Both the position numbers and the translations under genes were made by a program. Positions 45,618 to 54,959 of a stretch of DNA of 57,163 bases are shown one piece after another. Source of the stretch: Oscillospiraceae bacterium (GTDB taxonomy: Bacteria > Bacillota > Clostridia > Oscillospirales > Acutalibacteraceae). The notes under the pieces were generated by a model. It saw only the letters and a program-made list of their open reading frames with translations, was not told the origin of the DNA and made no database searches. The stretch is taken from the NCBI GenBank assembly GCA_015065695.1, contig SVPT01000001.1, positions 1-57,163 on the forward strand, read 5' to 3'. Numbering within the stretch: the stretch's first letter is position 1; each line of letters starts with the position of its first letter.

Positions 45618-46931
45618 ATGAAAACCAACAGAAAGCCTGTCGTCTGCATTATCGCCGTACTGCTCGCTGCAGTGATGCTGTTTTCCCTTGCCGGGTGCGG
45701 CGGTGCCACTGACGAAGATTGCTGGACCACGTCCTACAGAGCAACCTTCGATGCGTACTTTATGGATCTGGCCGACACCACCCCGCAGGAATGGTACGAG
45801 TTTCTTGAGTCGGAGAACAAGGACGGCCGCGCAGCCATCTTCATCACCGGCGATACTGTGGAGCTCGATTATCCCACCGATGATTGGTATCACTGGACAG
45901 AACTGGGCGAAACCAATCTGGCAAAGGTGCGTGATGGGTTTGCCGCCCTCGGCGAGGGCTGTGCCATCGAGCTGTCCGAAAACAACACCGTCGCCGACGT
46001 GCACTGCGGTGAAGGCATCACCATAAAAACAGCGAGGGAATACATGGCACAGGTGATAAAGTGGTGCGCCTATCTCAACGCCTTGGGTGACTATATCTCC
46101 GGCGTACCCGAAGTCATCAACTACCCCGATGCAGAGTGGGTGTGTACCTGCTCCATCTTCCGCAGTAACCTACAGCCGGTGTACTACGTCCTCTTTGCCG
46201 ACAATACCGTTGACGTGGCGTACAGCAATGAGTCCAAACTGCTGACCACCATCACTGTAACCGACGAGCAGCGTCTCTCTGTAACCAACTCCCTGCGGCA
46301 TTACGATGTCCGGTGGGAGAGCGAATACGGCGACATAGAGGCTGACAGTGCTTTCATTGCCATCAACGATGCCGACGGCTCCGGTTTTCTCGCCTGTGGA
46401 GGCGGATACCCCCAGCCGGAGGCGTTCACCAGGACGCTGGAGGAGGTGCTAGCCGTGCTCACGGCGGAATACCCCATGCCGTCTATACCCGCCGATATGT
46501 CCCTCTGTTTCGGCAAGGATTTTATGGATCTGGCCGGGCTCACCTCCTATCAGTGGTACGACCTTCTGCAGTCCTACGGCGAGCTTCTGCCTGTCAGCGA
46601 GGACAGCTTCCACATTAAGCATCACAAAGACTTTGAGAGGGTCGAGCTTACGCTCTACGAGGCAAAGGGTTATGAGGAATGGAAGGCGCTGGGCGAAGCC
46701 AAACTGCAGGAAATCTGCAGCAGCTTCGCCTCCCTCGGCGAGGGCTGCCGCATAGAGGTTTCCGACGACAACGCTACAGTCGACATCCACTGCGGCGAGG
46801 GCATCTCCGAGGAAACTGCAGAGACCTACGCCGCACAGCTCAAGATATGGTGTACCTACCGCAGAATACTGGACAGAGAACGCTTCAGCCCGCTGAAGGA
46901 TATAAATTATCTTGATGCGTACGCGCAATAA
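45618..46931 (+). CDS. lipoprotein with an internal two-domain duplication
   Basis: Lipobox MKTNRKPVVCIIAVLLAAVMLFSLAGCGG. Two homologous halves (FMDLADTTPQEWY...LGEGCAIELSENNTVADVHCGEGI and FMDLAGLTSYQWY...LGEGCRIEVSDDNATVDIHCGEGI). Confidence 0.7.
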   Translation: MKTNRKPVVCIIAVLLAAVMLFSLAGCGGATDEDCWTTSYRATFDAYFMDLADTTPQEWYEFLESENKDGRAAIFITGDTVELDYPTDDWYHWTELGETNLAKVRDGFAALGEGCAIELSENNTVADVHCGEGITIKTAREYMAQVIKWCAYLNALGDYISGVPEVINYPDAEWVCTCSIFRSNLQPVYYVLFADNTVDVAYSNESKLLTTITVTDEQRLSVTNSLRHYDVRWESEYGDIEADSAFIAINDADGSGFLACGGGYPQPEAFTRTLEEVLAVLTAEYPMPSIPADMSLCFGKDFMDLAGLTSYQWYDLLQSYGELLPVSEDSFHIKHHKDFERVELTLYEAKGYEEWKALGEAKLQEICSSFASLGEGCRIEVSDDNATVDIHCGEGISEETAETYAAQLKIWCTYRRILDRERFSPLKDINYLDAYAQ

Positions 46932-46962
46932 CCACAGCCGACAAAGATAGGAACGAAACCCC

Positions 46963-47184
46963 ATGAAAACCAAAAGCAAGCCCGAAAATGAGTCCGACAA
47001 CGTCTTTATCTATTTTGATGAGCAACTGTTTGAGCGGACCGGCATCACCGAGCTACAGCTTTTCTCCCTTCTTATCGACTACATTGGCAAAGTGCCCGGG
47101 AATCTGTGCTTCAGTCTGGACGAAAAGGTTGGCGCCGACCGGCTGGGGATAGAGCTTCCCTGGGGTGTGGGTCTTGAGGAATAG
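46963..47184 (+). CDS. hypothetical small protein
   Basis: A 73-aa ORF followed by a terminator hairpin. No domain recognised. Confidence 0.4.
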   Translation: MKTKSKPENESDNVFIYFDEQLFERTGITELQLFSLLIDYIGKVPGNLCFSLDEKVGADRLGIELPWGVGLEE

Positions 47185-47210
47185 GGCGCGGAACAGGGAA
47201 GATGAAAAGA

Positions 47211-47242
47211 GCCTCCCCAAGGGTGTTTGGGGAGGCTTTATT
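47211..47242 (+). terminator. rho-independent terminator
   Basis: GCCTCCCC-AAGGGTGTTT-GGGGAGGC followed by TTTATT. Confidence 0.6.
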
Positions 47243-47293
47243 GCGCCGTCGGGGAGGGGAGCCCCTCGCCCTGTGCGGGTATACCCGCCGCTA

Positions 47294-47322
47294 TTGACTG
47301 ACGGGCGGCGGTGGGGTACAAT
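47294..47322 (+). promoter_or_regulatory. candidate sigma-A promoter
   Basis: TTGACT (47294-47299), a 17-nt spacer, then TACAAT (47317-47322), 70 nt upstream of ATG 47392. Confidence 0.5.
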
Positions 47323-47391
47323 TAACCTGACAGGCGAGTGGCTTATCAGCCCTTCCCACGAAATCTGCAACAGAGAGGAATGTAACGAAAA

Positions 47392-47811
47392 ATGAACGCC
47401 GAAAAAGCCAAAGAACTGCTTTCATATCATTCGTGCAGACACATGGATATTGATTCCCCCAAATGGGCAAACGGCTTTCTGGGCAGCCTGAGGCCATTCA
47501 AAGGTGAACTTATCGAGAGCAACTTCACCGAGGTCATGGAATGTCTGAAAGCTCTGCAGGGCGAGTTTGACGGCAGCACAGTTGATAGGGAGATTCTGGC
47601 AAACATCATCGGCATCATACATTCCGCCAGAGCATGGGCATCGCCCGACGGTATGCTTGGGTCAAACCACCTGCTTTCCGAGGCACAGACCGCAAGGCTT
47701 AACCTGTGGACAGATATTATAGAAGAGGCTCTAATGTGGCTTCTGGACGGCGTACCGGAGGAGGCATTCTCGTCTTATCAGATGTATCTGGACGGAGAAT
47801 TTGAGGTGTAG
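47392..47811 (+). CDS. hypothetical protein (immunity-protein-like context)
   Basis: A 139-aa ORF with its own promoter. No domain recognised. Confidence 0.55.
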   Translation: MNAEKAKELLSYHSCRHMDIDSPKWANGFLGSLRPFKGELIESNFTEVMECLKALQGEFDGSTVDREILANIIGIIHSARAWASPDGMLGSNHLLSEAQTARLNLWTDIIEEALMWLLDGVPEEAFSSYQMYLDGEFEV

Positions 47812-47921
47812 GGGGAGTTTTCCGCAAGCAGTTCGGAAAACTCCCGCCCCCTCCACCGCCTTGATATACCTGATTCCATGTGGTAGAATTTATACAGAGA
47901 ACAAACCAAAAGGAGAAAACC

Positions 47922-48473
47922 ATGAGCAAGACACTCCCCCTTGATACTTTCCGCTTCGGCAACATCGCCTTCTGGGCGGGATTCACCGCAAGTGCGTTTC
48001 CCACCGCACTGGACGAGGAAACCGACATGACCGCCGCCGAAATCCTTTCTGAAACCGACCTTGCGGACATGGGCTGGTGGGACGAATTTACCGGGTACTA
48101 CGACGGCGTCATGGACGATGCCGACGGCTATGTCGATGACCCCAACTGCTTTGAGTGCGCCCTTACCGATACGCAGACGCTGAAAATCGAGTTCCACCCG
48201 GGCGATATTGTGTACTTCGCGGGTGGCAATCAGATCGGCTGCACTGGCGGCGAGTACGACATTCAGAAATTCCCCTACAGTCAGCTTCGCGATTATTCCT
48301 CCGCACAGCAGGACGAGCTGCTCTATCTGCTGCTTCTGCCCCTTGCCGTAATAGAGGAGAGCGAGGCAGAGGACGCAAAGGCTGTAACCACCGCCATTCT
48401 GCGGAAGATATTTGAAGCACCCCTCGCCGAGCGGCTGGCGGGCTGCATCGTATTCGGTCTGACCGAAGAATAA
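47922..48473 (+). CDS. hypothetical acidic protein (immunity-protein-like context)
   Basis: AAGGAGAAAACC precedes ATG 47922. 183 aa, no signal peptide, acidic. Confidence 0.55.
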   Translation: MSKTLPLDTFRFGNIAFWAGFTASAFPTALDEETDMTAAEILSETDLADMGWWDEFTGYYDGVMDDADGYVDDPNCFECALTDTQTLKIEFHPGDIVYFAGGNQIGCTGGEYDIQKFPYSQLRDYSSAQQDELLYLLLLPLAVIEESEAEDAKAVTTAILRKIFEAPLAERLAGCIVFGLTEE

Positions 48474-48526
48474 CAGCCCCCCGCACTGTCGTGAAGGCAT
48501 ATAAGGAAAGAGAAAAGAAAAGAAAA

Positions 48527-49444
48527 ATGGAAAAGAAGCAAAAGAGGAAAATAACCATCGTCATTGCGGTGCTGTCCTGCGCGCTGCTGGCAAGCATCGG
48601 CGCGAATGTCTGGCAGGCTTTCCGGGGCTGGGACAGCTATCTGCAGGACCCTGAGGAAATCTACATAATGGAAGCGGGCATACTGAGCCAGAATCTGCAA
48701 TTCTCTGAGGGCGAGGACATCGACATCACCTACGACCTTTCCCACAGCGACTACGCAACACTGCGGGAAAAGTATCGGCTTGAGGAAATCGCCGGTGACG
48801 GCTCGGAGTTTGACAAGGCACTGCGCCTGATGGACCAATTTGCCCCGCGCCTTACCCACGCAAGCAACTACGACAACCACGTTGAGATGGCGGCACTGCC
48901 CCTGCTGGAATACAGCCTTGACCGCAAATCCCACGGCATCAACTGCCGTGCCAAGGCGCAGATACTCAACGAGTGCTGTCTCGCGCTGGGCATATACTCC
49001 CGCAAGGTGTGGATAATGCCCCTTTCGCCCTTCGACAACGACTGCCACGTCGTCAACGAGGTGTGGGACACCGCGCTGGACAAGTGGGTCATGCTGGACA
49101 TCACCAACAACCAGTATTGGGTTGACGAAAGCGGCACGCCGCTTTCCGTTCTGGAAATACGCACCAAGGGCGCAGAGCAGGAATTCTGCACACCTGTGGT
49201 CGTGGGTGAAAAGACCGACAATCTGCAGGCTCTGCGGGAAAAGCACATGGGCAGCTTCATCTACATCATGAAGAACATGGCGTACACCGAATACTGCACC
49301 GTCAATACGGTGGGGGAGGGGGAGACAATATACCTTCTCTTCCCCGAAAATCTGGAAAGCAGCTATCAGTACATCCTCTCCGAAAGCTCCGTCACCAAGT
49401 CCCCGATTGCGGTGGACAATATTCAGCATCTACTCAATTCTTAA
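48527..49444 (+). CDS. transglutaminase-like cysteine protease fold protein, N-terminally anchored
   Basis: TM helix ITIVIAVLSCALLASIG. Cys-His-Asp core spacing: GINCRAKAQILNE, NDCHVVNEVW, WVMLDIT. The start is uncertain (GTG 48491 or ATG 48527). Confidence 0.65.
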   Translation: MEKKQKRKITIVIAVLSCALLASIGANVWQAFRGWDSYLQDPEEIYIMEAGILSQNLQFSEGEDIDITYDLSHSDYATLREKYRLEEIAGDGSEFDKALRLMDQFAPRLTHASNYDNHVEMAALPLLEYSLDRKSHGINCRAKAQILNECCLALGIYSRKVWIMPLSPFDNDCHVVNEVWDTALDKWVMLDITNNQYWVDESGTPLSVLEIRTKGAEQEFCTPVVVGEKTDNLQALREKHMGSFIYIMKNMAYTEYCTVNTVGEGETIYLLFPENLESSYQYILSESSVTKSPIAVDNIQHLLNS

Positions 49445-49517
49445 TTTCACTTCCAACCCTTGAAATTCATTTTTCTTCATGGTATAACTTCATAAAACTT
49501 AAGGAGTGAATATTTGT

Positions 49518-49988
49518 ATGAAAAAAATCTGTTGTGTAATCCTTTCCGTTCTCTTGGTCTGCTCTCTCTTCTGCCTGTCCGGCTGCAAGGAGAAGGTTTC
49601 CGTTGACGCCGCCGCATTCACAAGTGCCATGGAAGAGCTGGGCTATACCGTCAAGTCCGAATCCTATCAGTTCCAGGGCGCAACAAAGGAAATCAAGGTT
49701 TATCTTGCCTATGACAACGATGGCAACGACCTGATCGAATTCTACGTCCTCGATTCCGCTGAAACCGCTGTTGCTCTGTTCAACGACAACAAGGCTTTCT
49801 TTGAAAGCTCTGTCTCCGGCGCGTCCTCCAAGTCCTCGGTTTCCGCTGCCAACTACAACACCTTCCGCCTCACCGCAGACGGCGAGTTCAAGGTGCTGTC
49901 CCGCATTGACAACACCATGGTTTTCGTCAGCGTCCCCACCGAGTACAAAGACGCTGTAAACACCGCCCTTGACAAGATCGGTTATTGA
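49518..49988 (+). CDS. hypothetical lipoprotein
   Basis: Lipobox MKKICCVILSVLLVCSLFCLSGC. AAGGAG lies upstream and a strong terminator downstream. Confidence 0.7.
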   Translation: MKKICCVILSVLLVCSLFCLSGCKEKVSVDAAAFTSAMEELGYTVKSESYQFQGATKEIKVYLAYDNDGNDLIEFYVLDSAETAVALFNDNKAFFESSVSGASSKSSVSAANYNTFRLTADGEFKVLSRIDNTMVFVSVPTEYKDAVNTALDKIGY

Positions 49989-50010
49989 TTTAGCGAAACA
50001 CTTTATTGGA

Positions 50011-50047
50011 CATAACACAAACAGCCGCCGAGGAGCAATCCTCGGCG
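50011..50047 (+). terminator. rho-independent terminator
   Basis: ACAGCCGCCGAGGA-GCAA-TCCTCGGCGGCTGT followed by TTTTC. Confidence 0.8.
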
Positions 50048-50153
50048 GCTGTTTTTCTGCGTTCGTCTCAGCCGCTCGACTTGCGTTGTGGCGGCGGGCG
50101 TGGTATAATTTCGCATGAACACCCATCATCAAAAACGCAAAGGGAGAATAAGC

Positions 50154-50822
50154 ATGGGAATATTTGACCGATTCAGAAAGAAGAAGCCCGAAAACACGCC
50201 GGAGCCCCTGACCCCCGACACTGCGGGCTGGGACGACATCAACAGGGAATGTGAGCGGGTCTACCCGGGACAAACCAATCCCAAGCATTACGGCACGCTC
50301 ATCAAGTGGTGCTTTGGCGGCAACGACCCCCTCGACGGCATCAGCATCTACGACGGCGGCGATTTCTGGCACTTTGTCACCTTCGGTCTGTCGGAGCTGT
50401 ATCAGAAGGAGTCCGACGACAAGGCTGTCAGCGGCTACGGCATGGAGTTCACCTTCCGTCTGAAAAAAGCCTGCTGTGAGGATCAGGAAGCCGAGATACG
50501 CTGCATATGCGGAATACTGCAGACCATCGCCCGCATCACCTTTACCAAGGGCGAGGTGTTCAGGGCATATGAGTACCTTTACACAGGACAGACAGAGGGC
50601 ATCGACACCAAGATGGCGTCCAACATCACAGGCTTCATCACCATTCCCGACAGCACCCTCAACTCCATCGACACCCGCAACGGCAGGCTGGACTTCGTGC
50701 AGTTTATCGGCGTGACAAATGCCGAGCTGCTGGCACTGAGAGAAAAGCAGATGACCGTCAAGGAGCTGTACGACAGGCTGGGCAGCGATGTGACCGACTA
50801 CTGCAGAGAATCGGTCGTGTAA
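50154..50822 (+). CDS. Suppressor-of-fused (SUFU)-like domain protein (polymorphic-toxin immunity family)
   Basis: GWDDINRECERVYPGQ..PKHYGT, DGISIYDGGDFWHFVTFGLSELY and GYGMEFTFRL match bacterial SUFU-like proteins as I remember them. Confidence 0.65.
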   Translation: MGIFDRFRKKKPENTPEPLTPDTAGWDDINRECERVYPGQTNPKHYGTLIKWCFGGNDPLDGISIYDGGDFWHFVTFGLSELYQKESDDKAVSGYGMEFTFRLKKACCEDQEAEIRCICGILQTIARITFTKGEVFRAYEYLYTGQTEGIDTKMASNITGFITIPDSTLNSIDTRNGRLDFVQFIGVTNAELLALREKQMTVKELYDRLGSDVTDYCRESVV

Positions 50823-50869
50823 TGCTGCGCTGACCGCACTCTTACGCGGCATTATTCGGAGGACTACCC

Positions 50870-51361
50870 ATGCACATGAAAAAATCGCGGGGTCAGCGGC
50901 GCAGGCTGAAAAGGCTGCTGGAAAGCATCGACCGCATAACCCCCTTTCAGCATACCGACCGCACACAGGAGCATTTTCACGTCCCCTGCGATGGGTGGAT
51001 TGGGCTTCCGAAAACCTCCGGCAGGGCAAAGACGCAGTTTATCAGGGCGTGGCTTGCCAAGACCGGGCAGATTATCGCGGACAAGCCGCCCCATCTGCCA
51101 TTCTGCCGCGTGGTCGCCTGCATAAATGAGCCTTATCTGTGGGACTCTCAGATAATAATTTTTTACGACGAGGACTACTACAGAAACTTCCGGCGCAGGC
51201 AGGGTCAGTACCAGACATGGGTTCCCATTGACGATAAAAAGCAGTCACCTGCCGCCCGCAGAGGCATTTTCACCGCCCTGCGCGGGGAAGGATATACCGA
51301 GATTCTGGAAGAAGAGGACTACACGCGAAAATCCCGCCTGTGGTTTTACGGAGAGGTATAA
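50870..51361 (+). CDS. hypothetical protein
   Basis: A 163-aa ORF with a basic N-terminus. No domain recognised. Confidence 0.5.
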   Translation: MHMKKSRGQRRRLKRLLESIDRITPFQHTDRTQEHFHVPCDGWIGLPKTSGRAKTQFIRAWLAKTGQIIADKPPHLPFCRVVACINEPYLWDSQIIIFYDEDYYRNFRRRQGQYQTWVPIDDKKQSPAARRGIFTALRGEGYTEILEEEDYTRKSRLWFYGEV

Positions 51362-51587
51362 TGCCGGCAGCACATACCGCCGCGACACGGAAGACAATAC
51401 CACCCTGCGGCCGTGCGGGGTGGTATTGCTTTGTGGGCGTGCCTTTGTTGATTGTTGGATTTTTGTGTAGTATAATTAGCTGTGAAAGCAGAGGATTTTC
51501 CGTTGGGCAAAAGATAATCCACAAAAAGACCCATATTTACACCAGAGCCGAACACACAGTGCGAATAAGCGGAAGAGGGTATAAACC

Positions 51588-52301
51588 TTGATAAAGATTT
51601 TTGATATATATCAGTACACTTGCAATCAAAACAGCAGTGAGGATTATTCCGAGCTTCAACGCTATATGGCAGAAAACCGCATTACAATACATGAGAATGA
51701 GATAGTTATTTCCGGCAGAATTACTGACGGTGTTATCGGGGTAAGCGACAGGCTGTTTGCGGACGGTACTGACCTGACAATATGCGTCAGAGATATTTAT
51801 AGCTACGGGCATGAACATGATTACCTGAGTGCGGGAATGACCTGCGCAATAAAGGCAGAAATGCCGGCATCATGTGATTGGGCAAACGCGGGATTTCTGT
51901 CCAAGGAAAGAAAGCGCAGTATTTTGGCAGCAGATTTTGAATATGGGGCTGTTTCCGCAGATGAATCAGCACACAAAGAGGTCGATGAGCCGAATGTCAC
52001 CGCACAGGTGGAGAAAATGGTTTCCTTTCTTGAGGATAACGGGGATTTGTTTATACAGAAGCTTCTGGACAACGGCGGGTTATATCATTCTCTTTCTCTT
52101 TGGAAGGACAAGCATAATTCAGTGCAGACCACATATCAGATATTGAATGGGCTGCAGGCGGATTCCATGAGCTTCTGGTCGGAAGATGGCGTTATCACTA
52201 TCATGTTTTCCGTACCCGACAATGAAAGCTGCCTGTTTGGACACTATGTGCAGACAGACTTTAACATGGAGTGGGAATTAATAAGCTGGAGCATTTGTTG
52301 A
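51588..52301 (+). CDS. hypothetical protein
   Basis: TTG start 9 nt after GGAAGAGGG. The start is uncertain and no domain was recognised. This stretch is AT-richer. Confidence 0.45.
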   Translation: MIKIFDIYQYTCNQNSSEDYSELQRYMAENRITIHENEIVISGRITDGVIGVSDRLFADGTDLTICVRDIYSYGHEHDYLSAGMTCAIKAEMPASCDWANAGFLSKERKRSILAADFEYGAVSADESAHKEVDEPNVTAQVEKMVSFLEDNGDLFIQKLLDNGGLYHSLSLWKDKHNSVQTTYQILNGLQADSMSFWSEDGVITIMFSVPDNESCLFGHYVQTDFNMEWELISWSIC

Positions 52302-52372
52302 ATATTTCTCCTATCGCAATACAAATAGTATAATCAGCAAGATTTATTACTTTCCAACAGAGGTAACCTATA

Positions 52373-52690
52373 ATGAAAAACTGGACTGAAACCGATTTCC
52401 TTTCGGGCGAAGTAGTGTGGCTGGAAGAATGTCGTGAGGAGGATATGCTGCAGGTCAGGTATCCGCATAATTACACTCTGGACATGGGCTGGTACGAGGG
52501 GGACGGCAAATATATCATCTATATCATCAAAGACCATGAATGGGGTGTGCCCGTTGTGCGGTATTCCGCGGAAAGCGAAGAGGACATGACCGTACTGCTT
52601 CAGCAGGCGGCAGAGAGAATCGAGCATGAATCGCAGACCAACAAAACCTATTACGGCGGTCTGTGGACAACGGAGGAAATATCCCTGTAG
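52373..52690 (+). CDS. hypothetical small protein (immunity-protein-like)
   Basis: A 105-aa ORF with no signal peptide, followed by a bidirectional terminator. Confidence 0.55.
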   Translation: MKNWTETDFLSGEVVWLEECREEDMLQVRYPHNYTLDMGWYEGDGKYIIYIIKDHEWGVPVVRYSAESEEDMTVLLQQAAERIEHESQTNKTYYGGLWTTEEISL

Positions 52691-52730
52691 GAATTATTTA
52701 TCTGCGTCACTACCCCCCCCGCCGCAAACA

Positions 52731-52768
52731 AAAAAGCCGCTTTTTCAAGCGGCTTTTTCTTATTTTTT
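52731..52768. terminator. bidirectional terminator between convergent genes
   Basis: AAAAAGCCGC-TTTTTCAA-GCGGCTTTTT, with T-runs readable on both strands. Confidence 0.6.
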
Positions 52769-52798
52769 TATTGTTGCGAAAGCTATGCGGTCGTCCGA

Positions 52799-54595
52799 TT
52801 ACTCAGCGTCCTCTGCTTCAACGGCTGCGGCAACAGCAGCAGCGGCGGCTTCTTCAGCAACCTCAGCAGCTTCCTCGGTAACCTCAGCGGCTTCCTCGGC
52901 GACCTCTGTAGCTTCTTCAGCAACCTCAGCGGCTTCCTCGGTAACCTCAGCGGTCTCTTCGGCGGCTACAGCCTCAACGGTCTCCTCAACAGCAGCTTCT
53001 TCTGCAGCAGCCTCTGCGGGGAGGTTCTTTGCAACTCTCTCGAACTCTTCCTGAATCTCCTTGGAGGGAGCGGGAGTGATGATGGAAACAAGGAAGATAA
53101 CGATGGTGGAAACGATGAATGCGGGGAGCAGCTCGTAGATGTTCCATACGCCGCCCAGAGGACGAACGAGGAGCTTCCAGACGAATACCATGATACCACC
53201 GGACAGCATACCTGCGATGGCACCGGCACGATTGACGCGCTTCCAGAACAGGCTCATCAGCATCAGAGGTCCGAATACAGCACCGAAACCAGCCCATGCG
53301 AAGCTGACGATGGTGAAGATAACGCTGTTCTCGTCAAGGGCGATGAGGACAGCGATAGCGGTGATGACAAGGAGGGTCAGACGGGAGACGGTCATGACCT
53401 GCTTGTCGGTGGCCTTCTTGCGGAAGATGCCCTGATAGAGGTTCTTGGAAAGGGCAGAGGATGCAATCAGCAGATATGAGTCAGAGGAGCTGATGGTTGC
53501 AGCCAGAATACCTGCCATGACAAAGCCGGCCAGCAGTGCGGGCAGCAGGCTCTGGGAAAGGACGATGAATACGCTCTCTGCCTCGGAAGCAGTGCCGAGA
53601 GCGGTGGGGAAGAGGGCGCGGCCCACGATGCCGATGAACACTGCAACGGCAAGGGAGATGACAACCCAGATGGTGGCAATGCGGCGGGAACGGGTAAGCT
53701 CCTTCTCGCTGCGGATAGCCATGAAGCGCAGGAGAACCTGAGGCATACCGAAGTAGCCAAGACCCCATGCCATGCAGGAGGCGATGGAAAGCAGACCGTA
53801 GCTGCCCTTCTCACCGAACAGGGGCAGACCCTCGGCGGAAACAGCCTGACGTCCTGCCTCGTCCAGAGTGGGGGTGGCAATGCCGAAGAAATCAAAGAAG
53901 CCGGGAATGGACTTTGCATTCTCGATAACTGCGCCCAGACCGCCGGCATGAATGGTGGCGGTGATAACGACAACAGTCAGAGCAACTATCATAACGATAG
54001 CCTGCATGAAGTCGGATACGCTCTCTGCAAGGAAGCCGCCCAGAATGGTGTACAGCAGAACAAATACCGCACCAATGATCATCATGGGAATGTAGGGCAT
54101 ATCAAACAGAGTGGAGAACAGCTTGCCGCAGGTAACGAGGCAGCTGGATGCGTAAACGGTGAAGAATATCAGGATAAATACAGCAGCGATGCTCATGATG
54201 ACCCTGTTCTTCTCCTTGAAGCGGTTGGAGAAGAATTCAGGCAGGGTGACTGCCTCGCCAGCAACCTCACTGTAGCGGCGCAGACGCTTGGAAACGATCA
54301 GCCAGTTGATGTATGTACCCACTGCAAGACCGATGGCAGTCCATGCCGCATCGGAAACGCCGCACCAGTAGGCGACGCCGGGCAGACCCATCAGCAGCCA
54401 GCCGGACATATCCGATGCCTCGGCACTCATTGCTGTGACCCAGGGGCCCAGCTTACGTCCGCCAAGGAAATACTCGCTCGAATTCTGGTTTGCTCGCTTA
54501 GCACACACGATGCCTATGATGATGACTGCGGTCATATAGACAACCATGGCAATGAGAATTTGCATTGTGCTGCTCATGTTACTCAGGAAACTCAT
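52799..54595 (-). CDS. putP: sodium:solute (proline) symporter, SSS family, with an E/A-rich C-terminal extension
   Basis: YFLGGRKLGPWVTAMSAEASDMSGWLLMGLPG is the PutP/SSS signature, with ~13 TM segments. ATG 54595 follows GGAGGT. The tail is an (EEAAEVT)n-like repeat. Confidence 0.8.
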   Translation of the reverse strand: MSFLSNMSSTMQILIAMVVYMTAVIIIGIVCAKRANQNSSEYFLGGRKLGPWVTAMSAEASDMSGWLLMGLPGVAYWCGVSDAAWTAIGLAVGTYINWLIVSKRLRRYSEVAGEAVTLPEFFSNRFKEKNRVIMSIAAVFILIFFTVYASSCLVTCGKLFSTLFDMPYIPMMIIGAVFVLLYTILGGFLAESVSDFMQAIVMIVALTVVVITATIHAGGLGAVIENAKSIPGFFDFFGIATPTLDEAGRQAVSAEGLPLFGEKGSYGLLSIASCMAWGLGYFGMPQVLLRFMAIRSEKELTRSRRIATIWVVISLAVAVFIGIVGRALFPTALGTASEAESVFIVLSQSLLPALLAGFVMAGILAATISSSDSYLLIASSALSKNLYQGIFRKKATDKQVMTVSRLTLLVITAIAVLIALDENSVIFTIVSFAWAGFGAVFGPLMLMSLFWKRVNRAGAIAGMLSGGIMVFVWKLLVRPLGGVWNIYELLPAFIVSTIVIFLVSIITPAPSKEIQEEFERVAKNLPAEAAAEEAAVEETVEAVAAEETAEVTEEAAEVAEEATEVAEEAAEVTEEAAEVAEEAAAAAVAAAVEAEDAE

Positions 54596-54959
54596 GTTTT
54601 TACCTCCGTTTTTTGTTTTTCTCAGGTTTAGCTTTTGACCGGAGCTGAGTAACACTCGCAGTCAGAAACAGTATTATCAGTTTAACGCATTAATACCAAA
54701 AAGTCAATAAAAATACACATTTGCTGTCCACTTTGCATATTTGACCAACGAACACTGCATTTTAATGCTTTTTTATACGTTTCAGGAGGCAATTATACCA
54801 AATACATGCCGCTGTTCATGCGGGCGGGGTGCGGGGGGTGCTTAGTAATTATTTAAGCAGTTGCATTTCCCGCGTTTACACGCTATTATAAACTCAGGTA
54901 ATTATACACTCTGTTATCCACCATCGCCTGCAACGACACGCAAAGGAGAGCATAAATAA

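Noticed and set aside
47778-51029. Minus-strand ORFs 47778..48500, 48323..49429 and 49467..51029 (up to 520 aa)
   Set aside because: They are antisense to plus-strand genes that have RBSs, lipoboxes, SUFU/transglutaminase motifs and terminators. Their translations are Val/Gly/Ala/Leu-rich shadows.
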